A stretch of 64,000 bases of DNA from Sphyrna mokarran (Eukaryota): NCBI GenBank assembly GCA_024679065.1, contig JAGIQG010000006.1, positions 78,988,001-79,052,000 of the forward strand, written 5' to 3'. A model generated the notes under the pieces. That model made no database searches and was not told the origin of the DNA. It saw nothing but the letters and a program-made list of their open reading frames with translations. Of the stretch, positions 48,661 to 62,019 are shown in pieces. Both the position numbers and the translations under genes were made by a program. How positions within the stretch are numbered: position 1 is the stretch's first letter; each line of letters opens with the position of its first letter.

Positions 48661-51600
48661 GTGTATGTTAGAGAGAATCGACCTATTCAATTAAATCTCT
48701 CCTCATAGGACAACCTTTGCCTCCAGAAAGCAATCTGGTGAACTTTTGTGTGGCAAATGTATGAACGTATCCTTTCAGAGGTTCAAAAGGTCACGCTGCA
48801 AACTTCTAGCAGATACTCGCAACTTGTGCAGTAAGGCACTTATAGATATACTGTACATTTCCATTAACCCCTGAAATGTAGGAACCTGCCACAGATATCA
48901 CTTTGGCGGCAATGCGGAGAAGCCAGTTAATGCAGAGCCAAATCTATGTGCCATATCTTTTGGGAGAAATGTTCATCTGAGTTTGCATTTGATCTGCAGT
49001 GGCTGTAAGATGTTCCTGGGCAGGGAGCATTCCTAATCTCCTGAATAACCTGGATCTGTCAGGCTCACCATCAAAACCATTTCCCATGGGTGGAATTTTG
49101 CTGCCCCACTTTTTGCTGGACAGCAAATAGAAACTGGAGACGGGAGTAACAGACTGTCAGTTTGAACTTTCCAGAAGTTGTCCAATTAGGGACCCACCTC
49201 CAACATTGCCATTAAGTTAGGGATGGTTGACAGAATGATGAATTGGAATCATGGTTAAGCATGCAGAATTTAAAGGGCCATTGGCAGCCTACACAATGAC
49301 TTCACTCTGATATTTGTGCTGTGGAGGAATTACCACTTAAGAAAATAGAAAGGTGACAGGGAATATCTGTCGTCTTATTGAATTGTGAAAAACTCTCGCA
49401 GAAACTGCCTGCCAGCAACACTCTTACCAAGACCACTATCATTAATAACAGCCTCAATGACCTACTCCAGTCATGGCAAGCCTCTGCCTTGAGCTGACCT
49501 CAGGATTGTCACTTTCCTTTTTCACAGTACTGAGTTCTTGTCAGTCTCAATGATATTGTGTTGTGCATCTGCCATTGACCTTTCTACTATAGACAAATTG
49601 CTAGTGTGGGCACAACGTTTTCCTAAACTGCTTCCTTAATATGTTAATTGCTTCCTGCCGCTGCTGAGAAAATTACCAACCCACTCCTAGGAAAGACCAA
49701 AAAAAGGCAGGAAGATATCAGGGTACCTGCCTGATGGTATTTTTCCCAATTTTCCTGGCCCTTCACCTTCAAACCCACCTGCTACAATCTGTAACAGTTC
49801 CCCTTCATCACTGTTTGTGTAATCTTGCTGTATGAAAATTAACTGCAGCATTTCCTTATCTTACAACAAGGGCTACCTTTCATTGGTATTTTCAGATGTC
49901 TTGACGTCATGAAAATCGAGATATAAACGCAGTTTCTTTCTTTCTTCCCTCTCTCATTCACTCTTTCCCATCCTTGATTTTTTATATTCCTCGAAGCTAG
50001 ATATTTTGCTCCTTCTCTACTCTTTAGTCATCTCCTTACAAAATAATTGAAACTATACAACTAATTGCTGTACTATTTCACCCTCTCCACAAGGATCTGA
50101 GTGATATTTTGGTTGAGGTGAAGGTTGCCCTTCAGTATTGCCTTCCCTTGTTCGAGAATTTATTAACATGTTTCAAGAATGTGAAATCTTCTCAAAGAAA
50201 TCCTACAACATAACTATTGACATTTATTAAAGTCAGAGTGTTTACCCAAATACCTCTCATGTGTAATTGAAGAGTCTTAGTTGTATTGGCATCAATGTGA
50301 GCAAACAATCCACATGGCCTTAGGACTTGCCTGAGCCTTGAGTTTTCCATTACCTTTGGACTTTCTTGGTTCAGTTGAAGCACTATTGCCATGATCTTAA
50401 ACTTTGTTCTGATGGCAAGGTCAGGCGAGAGGTAAAAAATCAACTTCCTGCCTGGTTTTTTGCCTCCCCTGATTTTACTGGCACTGTTTTGCTGGTGAAA
50501 TCAACTTCATATTAATGACATCATTTGAATGTCATCAGCGAGTTCCAGACATATTGTCAGAGCTCACCTACCTGTACCACCTCACCAGCCAAGGTTCTCT
50601 CCAACAAGAATCATGTAAGGTCCTCACCAATGGGGATCAGACATGATAACCTCACTGGGGGGATCAGAGTCCATTGAAGCTCCTCTGTGGTTGGGGCAGG
50701 GCCCATAGGACAATGCCAGAGTTGCAGTGCTCACCTGGCACCCTGGCAGTGCCCATCAGGCACCCTGGCACTATCCACTGGCAATCATTACTGTGCCAAG
50801 GCAGTGCCAAGGAGACAGAGACAGAGTGGGTATGGAGCCAGAGCTCTGCAGTGGTGGGAGGGAAACTCTGCCAGAGTGGGAAGGAAAGGGAGAACTCTGT
50901 TGGGGAGGGACAGAAAGCAATGGGGAGAGAGGGAACTCTGTATTGGGGGGGGCAATTTGCAGAGGGGAATGGCGATGTCTGTGGGGATGGGAGGCTAATG
51001 TCCTGATATCTGTGCGGCAGGTCCCAATGTCCATGGGGTGGGTGGGGGGACTGTAGGAGGCAGGGTACCTGCCAATAAACTGGAAGATCGGAGCACTTGC
51101 ACAATGGTGTTCCTAGACCTCAGCAATCGACTTCATTAGCGAGCTTATGCTACAAACTCCCACTGCTGGTGAAAATTTCATCCTGGCATTTTTTTTGCAT
51201 TAAGTGCCATAAGATTGCATTTTCAATCTTGCCCAAAGAATGAGTCTGAAACTCTTCCATTTTTGCGCTTATTCAGTGCTTAGAATTTTTTTTGTAAGAC
51301 CACACCCTGTGATTTTGTTTTATTTGATGTTAATGAGTTTTTCTGGAAGATTCATTTAAAGTGCAGGTTTTATTTCCATAAAATCAAAAGGAACCACACA
51401 CAAAAAAAACCCATAGGGATGATTTTCTTGTCAGGTATAGTGCAAGTAGTGCTTTAAGAGGTGGAACTTGGACCTATCCTTTGCCTGGATCTCTGATTCA
51501 AGTTCACTGCTGTAGTCAGGGTAATTTTACATTTGTAGGGTTGTTATTAGGGCCTTGTATGATACTTTCCCCAGCTCGTGGGAGGAAGATAATAAGCAAC

Positions 51601-52769
51601 TGAATTTTTTTTTAGATCTTACCGATCCATTTTAAGTAAATAGAACTCCTCATAATAAACATAAGTGTGACTCTGTGCACTTTGAATCATTGAACTGATG
51701 GCAGAATACTCAAGAATAACATTCTCTATAAGGGGCAATGTCAAAGCACAGTGCGGCACTGTGAAAAGCAATGGATCTCAATAAAAATGTCTTTTCAATT
51801 AGGCTCATCCCAGATGGAAAATAAGAAAACACAGTATGATACAATTGTTCCTCAACTTGATAACTACAAGTTCAGTTAACTGTTTGACCTTTCAATCTGT
51901 CTGTGTTGATCCACATGGTTTGAATGTTTTGTGGAACACGTGTATCTGGTGTACAGTTTACAGATCATATCAACAGAATACAAAAATAGTGTATTACAGC
52001 AACCAAAAGCAGAGTCACACTAGAGGTTTGGCAACTCTGACCCACCATGCAGGGGATGCTTGTCAGAGAAGTTATAAACATCGAAGTACCTATCAAATCT
52101 AAGTGGAAAAATCTGGAACTTTCAGCAAGTAAAACATTGTTTTCAATTTGGTGAGTAAAAGGGTTGAAACGACCAGCTGATAATTATGTTCTAGTTTTGT
52201 GATGATGATAAGGATCATGTTACATTGTGTTTCAAAGCAGAATTCAACAGAATTCACTTCACTGAAACATAATGGATTGTGCTTAATTTGAGATCTTGAA
52301 CAGCAAGAAAATACTCTGCTGTTCTTTGAAGTGGGATTATCAATTCCAAGTTTTAATCTTAGTTTTAAATTGTGTTGAAAATAACCTCTAATCTCTGTGG
52401 AGCTGGAATGAATCTAGCTTGGAATCCACCTGCACTGATTGACTGGGAACCATTTGGGAAAACATAAAACTTGTGTTAATTTGATAGATTTAGATTTGCA
52501 TCTGTTGGCTGAAAAGCTTGGAGGGAAAGGAATTCAACTCTGGCAGCAACGCCGGACTATGCATCCAGTCTCTTTTTTGTTTTAACTTCTTACTATGTTA
52601 ATCCCTATTAGACTAAGTGTTCATAGCATCATTATGGGGTGTGTGTTTAAATCTAATGGCCTACACTGAAGAAGTATGTAATCTCATAGTTTAGATCCTT
52701 CTTTCCAATTGATGTTAATCTAGTGAGGAATGCTGTAGCCTATTTGGGCACAGCATCATCCCACAAACA

Positions 52770-53055
52770 GCCGCAAGAAAAATGATTAAGTAATCTGCTT
52801 TTGATGTTGTTGGTTGAGTGATTAATGCTGGCCAGGGCATATGGAAGAAATCCTGTGCTTGTCTTCAAAAAGTGTCAACAGATATTTTCTGGGTGGACGC
52901 AGCCCTGTTTTAATTTCTCAGCTGAATAGCAGCACCCACAACAGAACAGCATACCCTCAGTACTCCACTGAATTGCCAACTTGGTTTGTGTGTAATTCTC
53001 TGTAATGGAGCTTCAGCTCACACCTTCAGAGGCAAGAATGCTATCAATGCGCCAT
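52770..53055 (-). mobile_element. Old Deu-domain-type SINE (another decayed copy at about 47390-47535, plus)
   Basis: Reverse complement of CAGTGGAGTACTGAGGGTATGCTG...TGAGAAATTAAAAC, resembling the DeuSINE core. Confidence 0.55.
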
Positions 53056-54817
53056 GTATAATGCCTATTTTTTACCTGACAATGAATGTTAGCAGGCTAT
53101 TCAGCTATTCAGACACTTTTTGAAGGCAAGCACAGGATTTCTCCCATATGAATAGATATCATCCAGGATAACCACTTCTGGAGCACCAAAAATAATTGGA
53201 TGGTGGTTCTGAATGAACAGCAGTTGAACATGAGTCAGTCTGTCCTAAGAGATAGGCTAATTAATGGGCAGGAAGGTGCCTGGGGTGGAAAGCTCATTAT
53301 CTTCTTGGCTCTTCCCAATTATCTCCAAGGTGGGAAAAGTTGGTGTTTTCAAACTTAGGCCAATAGATGCTTTAAATAGCCAATTAAAGGGTCCATACCA
53401 TGTGGGCAGGCCATCAAGTATACCCTGGCAAGCTTGCCTAGAGCCTTACAGGCAAGAGGTCCCTCCTGCTCGTGCACCTTGTGTCCAATGGAGGGACCAG
53501 TGGCAAGGGCCATGCCTGCAGGAAAACTCCGGTACCTTTACTGTCCTTGGTGGAGCTTGCCTGACTGTCCTCTCATTCTGGCAATCCAGTAATCTTCATC
53601 TTCTCGGGCCTTCTGGTGTACTGCAGTGGCCATTACTTCTGCTGGTGCTGCTGGTTCAGAAGAGTTGCTGACTGGCAGGACATTCATTGTGTGGGTTGAG
53701 GGAATATTAATGGCAGCCAGGTAGGTGCCTGATTGGTTGTATATCATATTGGGACTGCCGGAAATGGCTGCAGAGGGTTTGCTGCCAGCTCTCCAGCTGG
53801 TCAATGATCCAGCTACTGTGGCCATTAATTCCAGCTTTATGTGTCCCACTGTCACTATTGTGTTGAGAGCTTTCTAAAGTTCAGGAATACTGGTTACTTG
53901 ATCTCAGTCACTGTAAATCAAAAATTAATTTATCAGTCCAGTTGTGTTTGATTATCCAGCCCGATGCCCATACAGCATATTTGAAACAAGGAATGCAGGA
54001 TAGCAATCAGGAGTATAAAGCTTGGTAGGCTTTATTCCCCTTCCCTGTTGTCAGTTGAAGCGTCACTGAAGAAACCAGTTCATTCAGCACCGATTGACCA
54101 TTAACTTCAGGGGTGGGGTTTTCTGGCCCCGCTTACCCCAAGATTAGAAAATCCTGTCTAAGGTCAATGTACATGGTCTGCCCTGCCTGCTACAATTCCC
54201 TTAGTGGGTGGGACAGGAAAATTCAGATGTTCCAGTTTTGGTTGGGTCAGCTTGCCAAGATGGCCAAAGAGTATTATGTTAATGAAATGTTTCACCTTTT
54301 GGCTTTTTATTTGTTTCATTTGTAAACACATCATGTGATGGTGTAAACCATGTTGAAATATTGGGATTGGGTAATTTGGATCATCAAGCCCGAATGCTTG
54401 TTTATCCTTCTTCCTCAAATGTGAGTGACTTGCCAAGTAAATTTCAAATTAACTGCGCTATCAAGAATGGGCCAACCAAACCTATAGTCTATAGGTAGAG
54501 TACACCATGATGTTCTGCAGAGTGAGTGTGGAATTTTAACTGTGACGCAACATTCCCAACATTGGAACAGGAAGTGGCTGCTATATCTGTTCTTGTTTTT
54601 TGTTTGTTCTCATATGATTACAATAATAATTGAGATGTCAGTGGTGTACATGTGAGACACATGTGATCATGAGGAAGAGAAAGCTTTTCAGTGATGAAAT
54701 CTGCCATAAACTAACAATACAGCAGGTATGGGCAGGTAATAAAACAGCCTCCAATACAAAAAGAGGTTCTGCTTCCTAGCTACAACTTTGATGCCTAACA
54801 TAGAATCTATGGTCTGA

Positions 54818-55484
54818 TGGCGGCACAATGGTTAGCACTGCTGCCTCAATGCCAGGGCCTGGGTTTACTTCTGGCCATGTGTGGAGTTTGCATATTCTCC
54901 CCGTCTCTATTTCCATCAGTGCTCTGGTTTTCTCCCACAGTCCAAACAGGTACAAGTTAGGTGGATTGGCCATGCTATGTTGTTCCATGGTGTGTAAGTT
55001 AGGAGTACTTTTTTTTTTGCCGACAATGCAGAGGGAGGCTACTCGGCCCATTGAGCCTGCACTGACAACAATCCCACCCAGGTTCTATCCCCGTAATCCC
55101 ATGTATTTACTCTATTAATCTCCCTGATCCTAAGGGACAATTTAGCACGGCCAATCAACCTAAGCTGCACATCTTTGGACTGTGGGAGGGAACAAGAACA
55201 TCCGGACCAAACCCATACAGACACAGGGGAACATGCAAACTCCATACAGACAATCACCCGAGGCCAGAATTGAACTCAAGTCCCTGGCGCTGAACGCAGC
55301 AGTACTAACCTCTGTGCCGCTGTATCACCTGTAGTAGCCATTAGGCATTAGTGATGGTAAATGTGCAGGATTGAAGGGATGTCTGAAGAAGTCTGGGGAG
55401 GGGGGTTGGTTAAGGTACTGAGTCAGTGCAGACTCAATGGGTCAAATGGTCTATTTCTGCACTGTAGGGATTCTATGGTTCTAT
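54818..55484. mobile_element. Nested V-SINEs: a plus-strand SINE interrupted by a minus-strand SINE (about 55020-55328)
   Basis: Plus head and V-domain 54818-55003, inverted complete SINE, then plus tail 55340-55484. Confidence 0.85.
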
Positions 55485-55839
55485 TGAGAACATAAACATG
55501 ACAAAGGTGTTTCTCAAACATAAATTTCACTCACAAATATTTCACTTTTCTCACATGCACATCACTTGCATAGTCCAAGAGCTAAATATACAGGCACAAC
55601 TCATTGTTGGCACATTTTGTTGGTTACAGTAGAATGAGATATTTCTCGTGGAAAAAACAGCATTTGCCAAGATTTTCTGGTCACCGCTGGTATCCCCTGG
55701 TTCTGCCAGTATCTTCTGGTCCTGTCAGAAATCTGTACAATTTTGATTGGCCCACAAAATCCCCCATGGTGGATCCCACCATAACGGGATCCCAGCTGAT
55801 GTGTTTTTGCATTTACTCTTTATTGAATGGTCATGTTAG

Positions 55840-56516
55840 TTAGGATGCCAACTGCAATGGATTCCTGGAGGTTTCATCAGATAATTTCATGGAATCATAG
55901 AATTCCCTACAGTACAGAAGGAGGCCACTAGGCCCATTGAGTCTGTACTGACCACAATCCCACCTAAGCCCTATACTCATAACCCGCCACATTTACCCTG
56001 CTAATCCCCCTGACACTAGGTCAATTTAGCATGGCCATGAGGTAAGGACATGGAAGAATGAAATGGGAAAGGCCTACTGTCCTGATGTGGTGGGAGTACT
56101 CAGTCAATGTAAGAAAATGAGAGGGCTAAAGGGCAGTTTTGCCCAAATGTGTGTTCATCTCACAGTATTGGCTGGCAGAGTCCTTACAGTGCTCTGAATT
56201 CACCTACAACAATGGATAGCTTTGGACTTGACCAATGCTCCAGCTATTAGTCGGCCAACACATCCAGCCTTGTGACATACTGTCTATTTACACCAATTGG
56301 AACACTAAAAGACTCACCACCCAATTGGATGATGTTTGACTCTCAGCCAAACAATTTTTTAAAGTCCATTTTCAATCTTTTCATATCTCATGAAGAGAAA
56401 TTTTCAACGAAAACGTAAAAAAATTATCCCTGTAAAATTGCTAACTGCAATGCCCTAGAGATTGATCTTCAATTTCCTGGGGTGTATGAGCTAATCCTGA
56501 AGGGCTGGCAACCCTA
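55840..56516. mobile_element. Old DNA element with TAGGGTTGCCA-type termini, carrying internal insertions (SINE tail at 55890-56036)
   Basis: TAGGATGCCAAC at the left end and GGCTGGCAACCCTA at the right end. Confidence 0.5.
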
Positions 56517-58539
56517 ATAATAGTGTCCAGTCTTGTTTTTGCCACACTGTGGGACCTGGTTGAATTTGTAGGCTCAGTTGTCCTCCCTTCCTGCACTCTA
56601 AAGGATATTATCAGAAATCACTCTCCGTGGGGATAATTTAAATGCTGTAGGTGAATTCAGAACACCGTAAGGAATTTGCCAGCCAGTACCCTAAGGTAAA
56701 CATTCATTTGGGCAATATTGATGCTGCCCCTTAGGCCCCTCATTTTCTTACATTGATAGTACTCCCACCACACCAAGACATTAAGCCTTTCCCATTTCAT
56801 TCTTCCATGCTCTTATCCCCATCCTCTTTCTTCCCTTGGATCTTTCCTCCACTCCTCCATGCTCATGCCTCCAAATCCTCACCCTCTCATTACTGACTAA
56901 TCCTTGCCAGTCTCAAGTCTCCACACAAGCCACCCATATTCCTGCCCTACTCCCTTGTGTTGCTGAGTTCAACAGGGAAATCTGATGAGCCACAACACAG
57001 CGGCAGAAATCCAACTCTTGCAAGCCACTTTTAAGTGAACCCAAAGTGGGTGCCATGAGATTTTCATGCATCGCTGACTTTATCATGTAAGCAGGATGTA
57101 ATTACAAAATGTTTTAATATAATAAGTATTTCTGACATGCAAATATATTGCAAGTAGGGCAATAAGAGGCCCCATCCCCCCATAAATATGATGCTGAGTT
57201 CATCTCTAAATTTGAGTCTGCTACTCATAAAGTGAAATTTCAGCTCCAACCCAATAAAGTCACCGCGAATCATGTTTCATACTCTTGCTGGCACCATAAA
57301 ATCTCCCTGAATTTCTATCTTTCCCAGTGCAAAGTCTGAATCAGGTGCGATGAGGCTGAAAATCTGAGGGTCAATCCACTTTAGTATAAATATTCTGGAC
57401 TACCATCATCAATCTTGTCAAAGCTGATGGGTCTGAGAAAGTCTTGCTATTCACCTAGTCCTGGCAGACTTGGAATGCATCTGGGAAAGCAGCCCTCTCC
57501 TCCCGCTCCCCCATACCTCCCCTCCCTTCCCCACATCCACAACAGAGAGGGGATACAAGGTCTTTCGTCCCTGGTAGAAACTTCTAGCAATTCGCAAAGT
57601 GTCAAGTTATTTACAACAACCTAGAAAAGGTATCAAGGTCATAATCTTGCCCTGGGTCATACAATATGCTCCACCATCTCAGGTTGGGTGATCCCAGCAG
57701 GCATATTTGTGCTAAGCATACGCTAAATCCCTAAGTCGGCCTGAGGAATAGAATCTCCAAACTCAGGAGTCTCTAACCTTAGCCCTTCCTTATCTGGATA
57801 GACCTGTAGAGGGGTGGGCAGGAAATCTGCTACACCAGGCCTTTCTAAACAGTGTGTGAGCTAAATTTGAATCCAATCAGCCTCTTCAGTTTTCCATCTG
57901 CTTGATGCATACCCATTAATGTAATGGCAGGAGTTAGCTGGCATGTTCAAAACTTTCACCCCCAGTTTAAAGATGGCACCTCAATCATAACAGGAATAAA
58001 GCTCCAGCCCACCATGGAGGTGTCCCTCCCCACCATCAGTCAGAATCAACCCCCCCCTCCCTTCCACATTTATTATCCCATTCCCCCCTCCTCTGGGGAC
58101 TATACTCACATTTACACTCCTAGGAGACCCCTATGACAGATTCACGTGTGGATGAATCTGCTGTAGACAATGCCGATGTGACATCACATCGGCACAGCCT
58201 CAATATGTGACAAGCATGGATTTATGATATTAAGCTCCATTCAAATTAACGTAAAAAAGGTTCATGCTGTAATGGGCCAGTGAGAGTTGGGGAAGATCCG
58301 TGATCACAATTCCCTGATAAGATCTGCGACTTCTGGATCTTGAGTCTCCACTGGCTCAAGATGATGAACACAGGCTCAACATCACCTGTAGGAAAATAAG
58401 TCGTTTAAGTAATTGCAGTCCAAGTACACACCTCGCTGGACCAGCCTGACATATTCTGCTGTGTTCATTCTAACAGTTACAAGACAAACAAGTCTAATTC
58501 TATTTGTTCTTATCACAAATCGATGTTTCCTTTCCTAGT

Positions 58540-58890
58540 TCAGTTCCTGCCCATGTACATGCAGGACTGTTCCGATGTCTTTCACCATAATCCAACACGG
58601 CAATGTCAACTACCCACATTACAAAGGGAACAGTCCCTCTTCACCCCTATTTCTCATCAAGACAGCCTATTGCTGTTTCCTCCTTGTACAAACTTCAATC
58701 AGTCTCCAGTCACCAGCTTCCAAGTGGCTGGAATTGTTCTCACATTGAGCAACTTTGCTTTTAACCTAATACACTTCCTCCAAATAACAGTGTCATGATG
58801 TGAACCTACATGGACCCTGGCCACTCCCATCATTTTGTAGGATGTGTTGAACTTGAGGACCTACTTCAGTCCCTCTTGTAATCTTCTCTT
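58540..58890 (+). mobile_element. Penelope-like element RT fragment
   Basis: ORF 58523-58798 QSLFTPISHQD...IVLTLSNFAFNLIHFLQ resembles the PLE RT SLYTSIPH...LVLTLNNFSFN..HFLQ. Confidence 0.7.
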
Positions 58891-58904
58891 CCAGTAGCTG
58901 TTTT

Positions 58905-59400
58905 TTAAAAAATTCATTCTTGGGATAAGATCAAGTAGTGACAAGACCAACGTTTATTTTCCATCCCTAATTGCCTTTGAGCAGGTGATGATGAGCTGCC
59001 ACTCTAAACTGCTGCAGTCCATGTGGTGTAGGTACACCCACAGTGCTGTTAGGGAGGATGATTCAGTGATAGCGAAGGAATAGCAACGTGGTATCAAGAC
59101 AGGATGGCGCGAGACTTGAAGAGGGACTTGCAGGCAGTGGTATTCCAATGTGTCTGCTACTCATGTTCTTCTATTTGGCAGAAATCGCAGATTTAGAGGG
59201 TGCTCTTGAAGAAACCTTGCCAAGTTGCAACTTATAAATGGTATACGCTGCTGCTGGGAACCGGTTATGAAGGGAATGAAAGTTCAAGGTGGCAGATGGG
59301 GTGCCAATCAAGTAAGCTTGGATGGCATCAAGCTTCTGGAATATGTTGGATTTGCACTCATTCAGGCAATAGAGAACATGCCATTACACTCAGAATCACA
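58905..59400 (-). mobile_element. CR1-like LINE 3' end (tail shared with the SINE at 3160); a further RT fragment lies at about 60100-60520
   Basis: TTTATTTTCCATCCCTAATTGCC tail; minus-strand PQRSVLSPTSFSCFINDFP remnant near 60445-60500. Confidence 0.65.
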
Positions 59401-62019
59401 GGGATAGTACAGTGCATAGGCAAGTTATTTGGCAGATCGTGCCTGCACTGGTTTTCCAAGATCCCACCCCACAAAGCCACCAGCTTCAAAATCTCAAAGC
59501 CGTATTACACCATCCTTCAGCCTCACTTTAAGTACGTTTATCCGCTTTGACCTTCCACTCTGTTTTTTCCTGTCCTCCAGAGTTCCTCTTTCCAGGATTA
59601 ATTAATCTTATTCTTATTACTTTATAGCTGCTATATAAATGAAGTAAACTTATATTTTGCCTCATAAGTTTATGATTTCTAAATTGTATGTTTCTTTTGA
59701 AACCCATCAGTCAATTTTAAAACCACTCTCTTATCTGCTGAATATAAATTCCTAGTCAAACTGTTTCCTTGACCAGCTCATTCATTACCATTTCAACCAT
59801 TTTAACGACTTGCTGCATGAAAATATTTTCTCTCATATCACTTTTACTTTTTTTGTCAATTACTTTAAATCTGTGCCATCTCATTTTTGATTCTTTCATG
59901 AATGTCAAGGGTTTCTCCCTATCCACTCTGTCCTGACCCTTTGTGATTTTATATACCTATATCACATCTGCAATCTCTCCAACATCTTCACATCCTTTCT
60001 AAAGTGTGGTGTCCAGAACTGAACATAGTAATACACCCGAGGCCAAATCAGTGCCTTATATAAGTTCAGAATAATCTCCTTATACTTTGATTTGTGCCTT
60101 GCAGATGTGGATAGTCTTTGGGGATCCAGGAGTTGTGTTATTCAGTGCAGAATTCCCACTTCTGACTTGTTCTTGAATATATGTCTGGCCAGTTATGTAA
60201 CCAATGATAACCTCGAGGATAGTGATAGTGGAGGATACTACAAAGGCAGTGACATTGAATGTCAGGGAGTGGTTAGAGTCTCTCTTGTTGGAGTTAGTAA
60301 TTGCCTAGAGCAGACATCACTTGCCACTTACCAGCCTGAATTTTGCCAAGGTCTTGCTGCATGTGGGCAAGGACTTCTTTCGTATCTATATGGTATTGAA
60401 CAATCATCAGCAAACATCTCCACTTCAGACATCATGCTGCAGGGAAAATCATTGATGAAGCAACTAAAACTGGTTGGGCTTAGGACACTACGCTGAGGAT
60501 CCCATGCAATGACAACTTGGTTCTGTGACAGAGAGGTGAAGAATTTATTATCTGCTATATGTGAATTTAATGTAAGTGGTAGAAATTAACTCAGATTCAC
60601 TTGTGCTCCAATAAAAAAACTCTGAAATTGTGGTTATTGTATGTGTACAATTGTGATTGTGGGATGTGAATCTTTTTATTGTATACCTATGTAAATAAAT
60701 ATTTTGAAAAGTGTGTCAAGCTGGCTCCAGTTATATTCTACACGACCTGGTTTTTTGAATTGTGATATGTAGCAGATAATAGCTCCTGTCTAAAGACCTT
60801 GATCAAGCGAGACCGCAAATCCCTGCCCAAGATCAATGGACATTTCTATTGACCACTCCTCACCCCCTCTGATTCTGTGGCAGGCAAGGTGATAGAATTC
60901 CAGCAGAAGTTTGGAAACCAAGATAAGAAATTTCAGACAGAAAAACTAAAATCCTAATGGCCATCGTGGAAAATAGGAAGAAGCAAGTGTAAACTGTTGA
61001 AGTATGATGAATGTCTAATTTTCTAGGAGTCTAAGCTGTAATATCAATGGAAATTGTAGTGTATGTGGAAACAAGTTATGTCCCTACTCAAGAGAAAATA
61101 ATGTATGGTCTTGGCATTGTCCTATTAAAAATAAAATCAGATGTAAATATTTTTGTGAGATGGATACCCTTCAGTTGGATGGAGATGAAGGTTTTGGCTT
61201 TATTTGTGCTTTCATAGATAAAATTAACAAGAAAGTGATCTGTTATGTGCCCCTGAGGCATAGTTACATTTTTATGAATTTCAGGAAAGTGATTGTCTTT
61301 TCAAATTTATGGATACTCATAGATTACATTAACAATTCAAAGATTCTATTTTAGACTCACCAGATCAGGGGTTTTATTTAAATTACTGAATTGTCCCAAG
61401 TTGGCTCATATGGATTGGCTGGTTCTAATAGATGTTCTATTCTCTGACCAGGAGATCCTATTGGATCAGATGTGCGCAGCCTTCAAAAGGATTCCTGGGG
61501 AAACAGTCATTTCCTTTAACCTTCATGGAACAAATGAGACATTCTGCAGTGACATAAAGAATATTGGGTCAATGATTGCCAGATTTCAAAATAGTCCAGA
61601 TAGTGGATTCAGGCATGAGTACAATAGAAGGATTTAGGACAGGCATAAAGAGGATGAAAGCACCTTTAGAAGATTTGGCTGTTGTAGAAGAGATCAAAAT
61701 AGAAACAACAATAACAAGCTAATTAATTCCAGGAATACTTAATGTGTTGGTGAGAAGACCAATAGTAAACTTGCAGGCAAGCTTAGATATTGGTTAAAGT
61801 ATTCATGTTGAAAAGCCAACAGTGTAAAATGGGCATCTTGCAGTGCTATATAAAAGCAAATTACTGCGGATGCTGGAATCTGAAACCAAAAGACAAAATG
61901 CTGGGAAATCTCAGCAGGTCTGGCAGCGTCTGTAAGAAGAGAAAAGAACTGATGTTTCGAGTCCAGATAACCCTATGTCAAGGTTCTTTTGGGCTCTTGC
62001 AGTGCTATATGACTCCATA

